Origin: an uncultured Gammaproteobacteria bacterium
Lineage (GTDB): Bacteria > Pseudomonadota > Gammaproteobacteria > CAWCPV01
Direction: 5' to 3'
DNA: 64,000 bases
Assembly (NCBI GenBank): GCA_963797555.1
Contig: CAWCPV010000009.1
Location: forward strand, 96,001-160,000
Translations under genes and position numbers: made by a program
The notes under the pieces: model-generated
Told to the model about the DNA's origin: nothing
Seen by the model: only the letters and a program-made list of their open reading frames with translations
Databases searched by the model: none
In this document: one piece after another, positions 63,863 through 64,000 of the stretch
Numbering within the stretch: the first letter of the stretch is position 1
How the letters are laid out: every line of letters begins with the position of its first letter

Positions 63863-64000
63863 TCAACCTTCCAGTTGCATAAGTTCGTGGGACGACCTGG
63901 GGCCCACTGCGTAAGTGCCTGGCGCGGGAAGCGGAAGAGGCCGTGCGGGAGGCGAGGGCCCTCAGGCAGTCGCACCTCGAGGAATTGCAGTAACGCGTTC

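Overview
High-GC (by eye mid-60s %) chromosomal window, probably from a sulfur-metabolising gammaproteobacterium (Rsd/AlgQ, FimW-like, SQR-like and SOR-like genes). Housekeeping and envelope genes (degQ-like, zwf, dedA, clc, rfbBACD, argE, mazG, DUF99, PRTase, xdhC/mocA-like) are mixed with many mobile elements: three identical IS630 copies, an IS1634, an IS66-family element carrying a DUF4338 passenger, an IS1380 fragment, a MITE family with nested inserts, and relics of IS5, RAYT and a group II intron. A c-di-GMP-I riboswitch precedes a repetitive Fn3/Big_2/DUF4082 surface protein. The main candidate novel system is a lower-GC minus-strand operon (19.7-33.9 kb) downstream of a LuxR-type regulator. 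After removing three IS insertions in silico, every gene in it has an export signal: a beta-helix protein, a lipoprotein, two Cys-rich helical proteins, a giant coiled-coil protein with Tc-toxin-A-like architecture, and a phage/eCIS tail-collar-like protein. A separate eCIS relic (tail-gene C-terminus plus DUF6519 start) is split by the IS66 near 60.2-63.0 kb. Many genes carry 1-bp frameshifts, which could be real decay or assembly error. All family calls are from motif recognition by eye; no database search was run.
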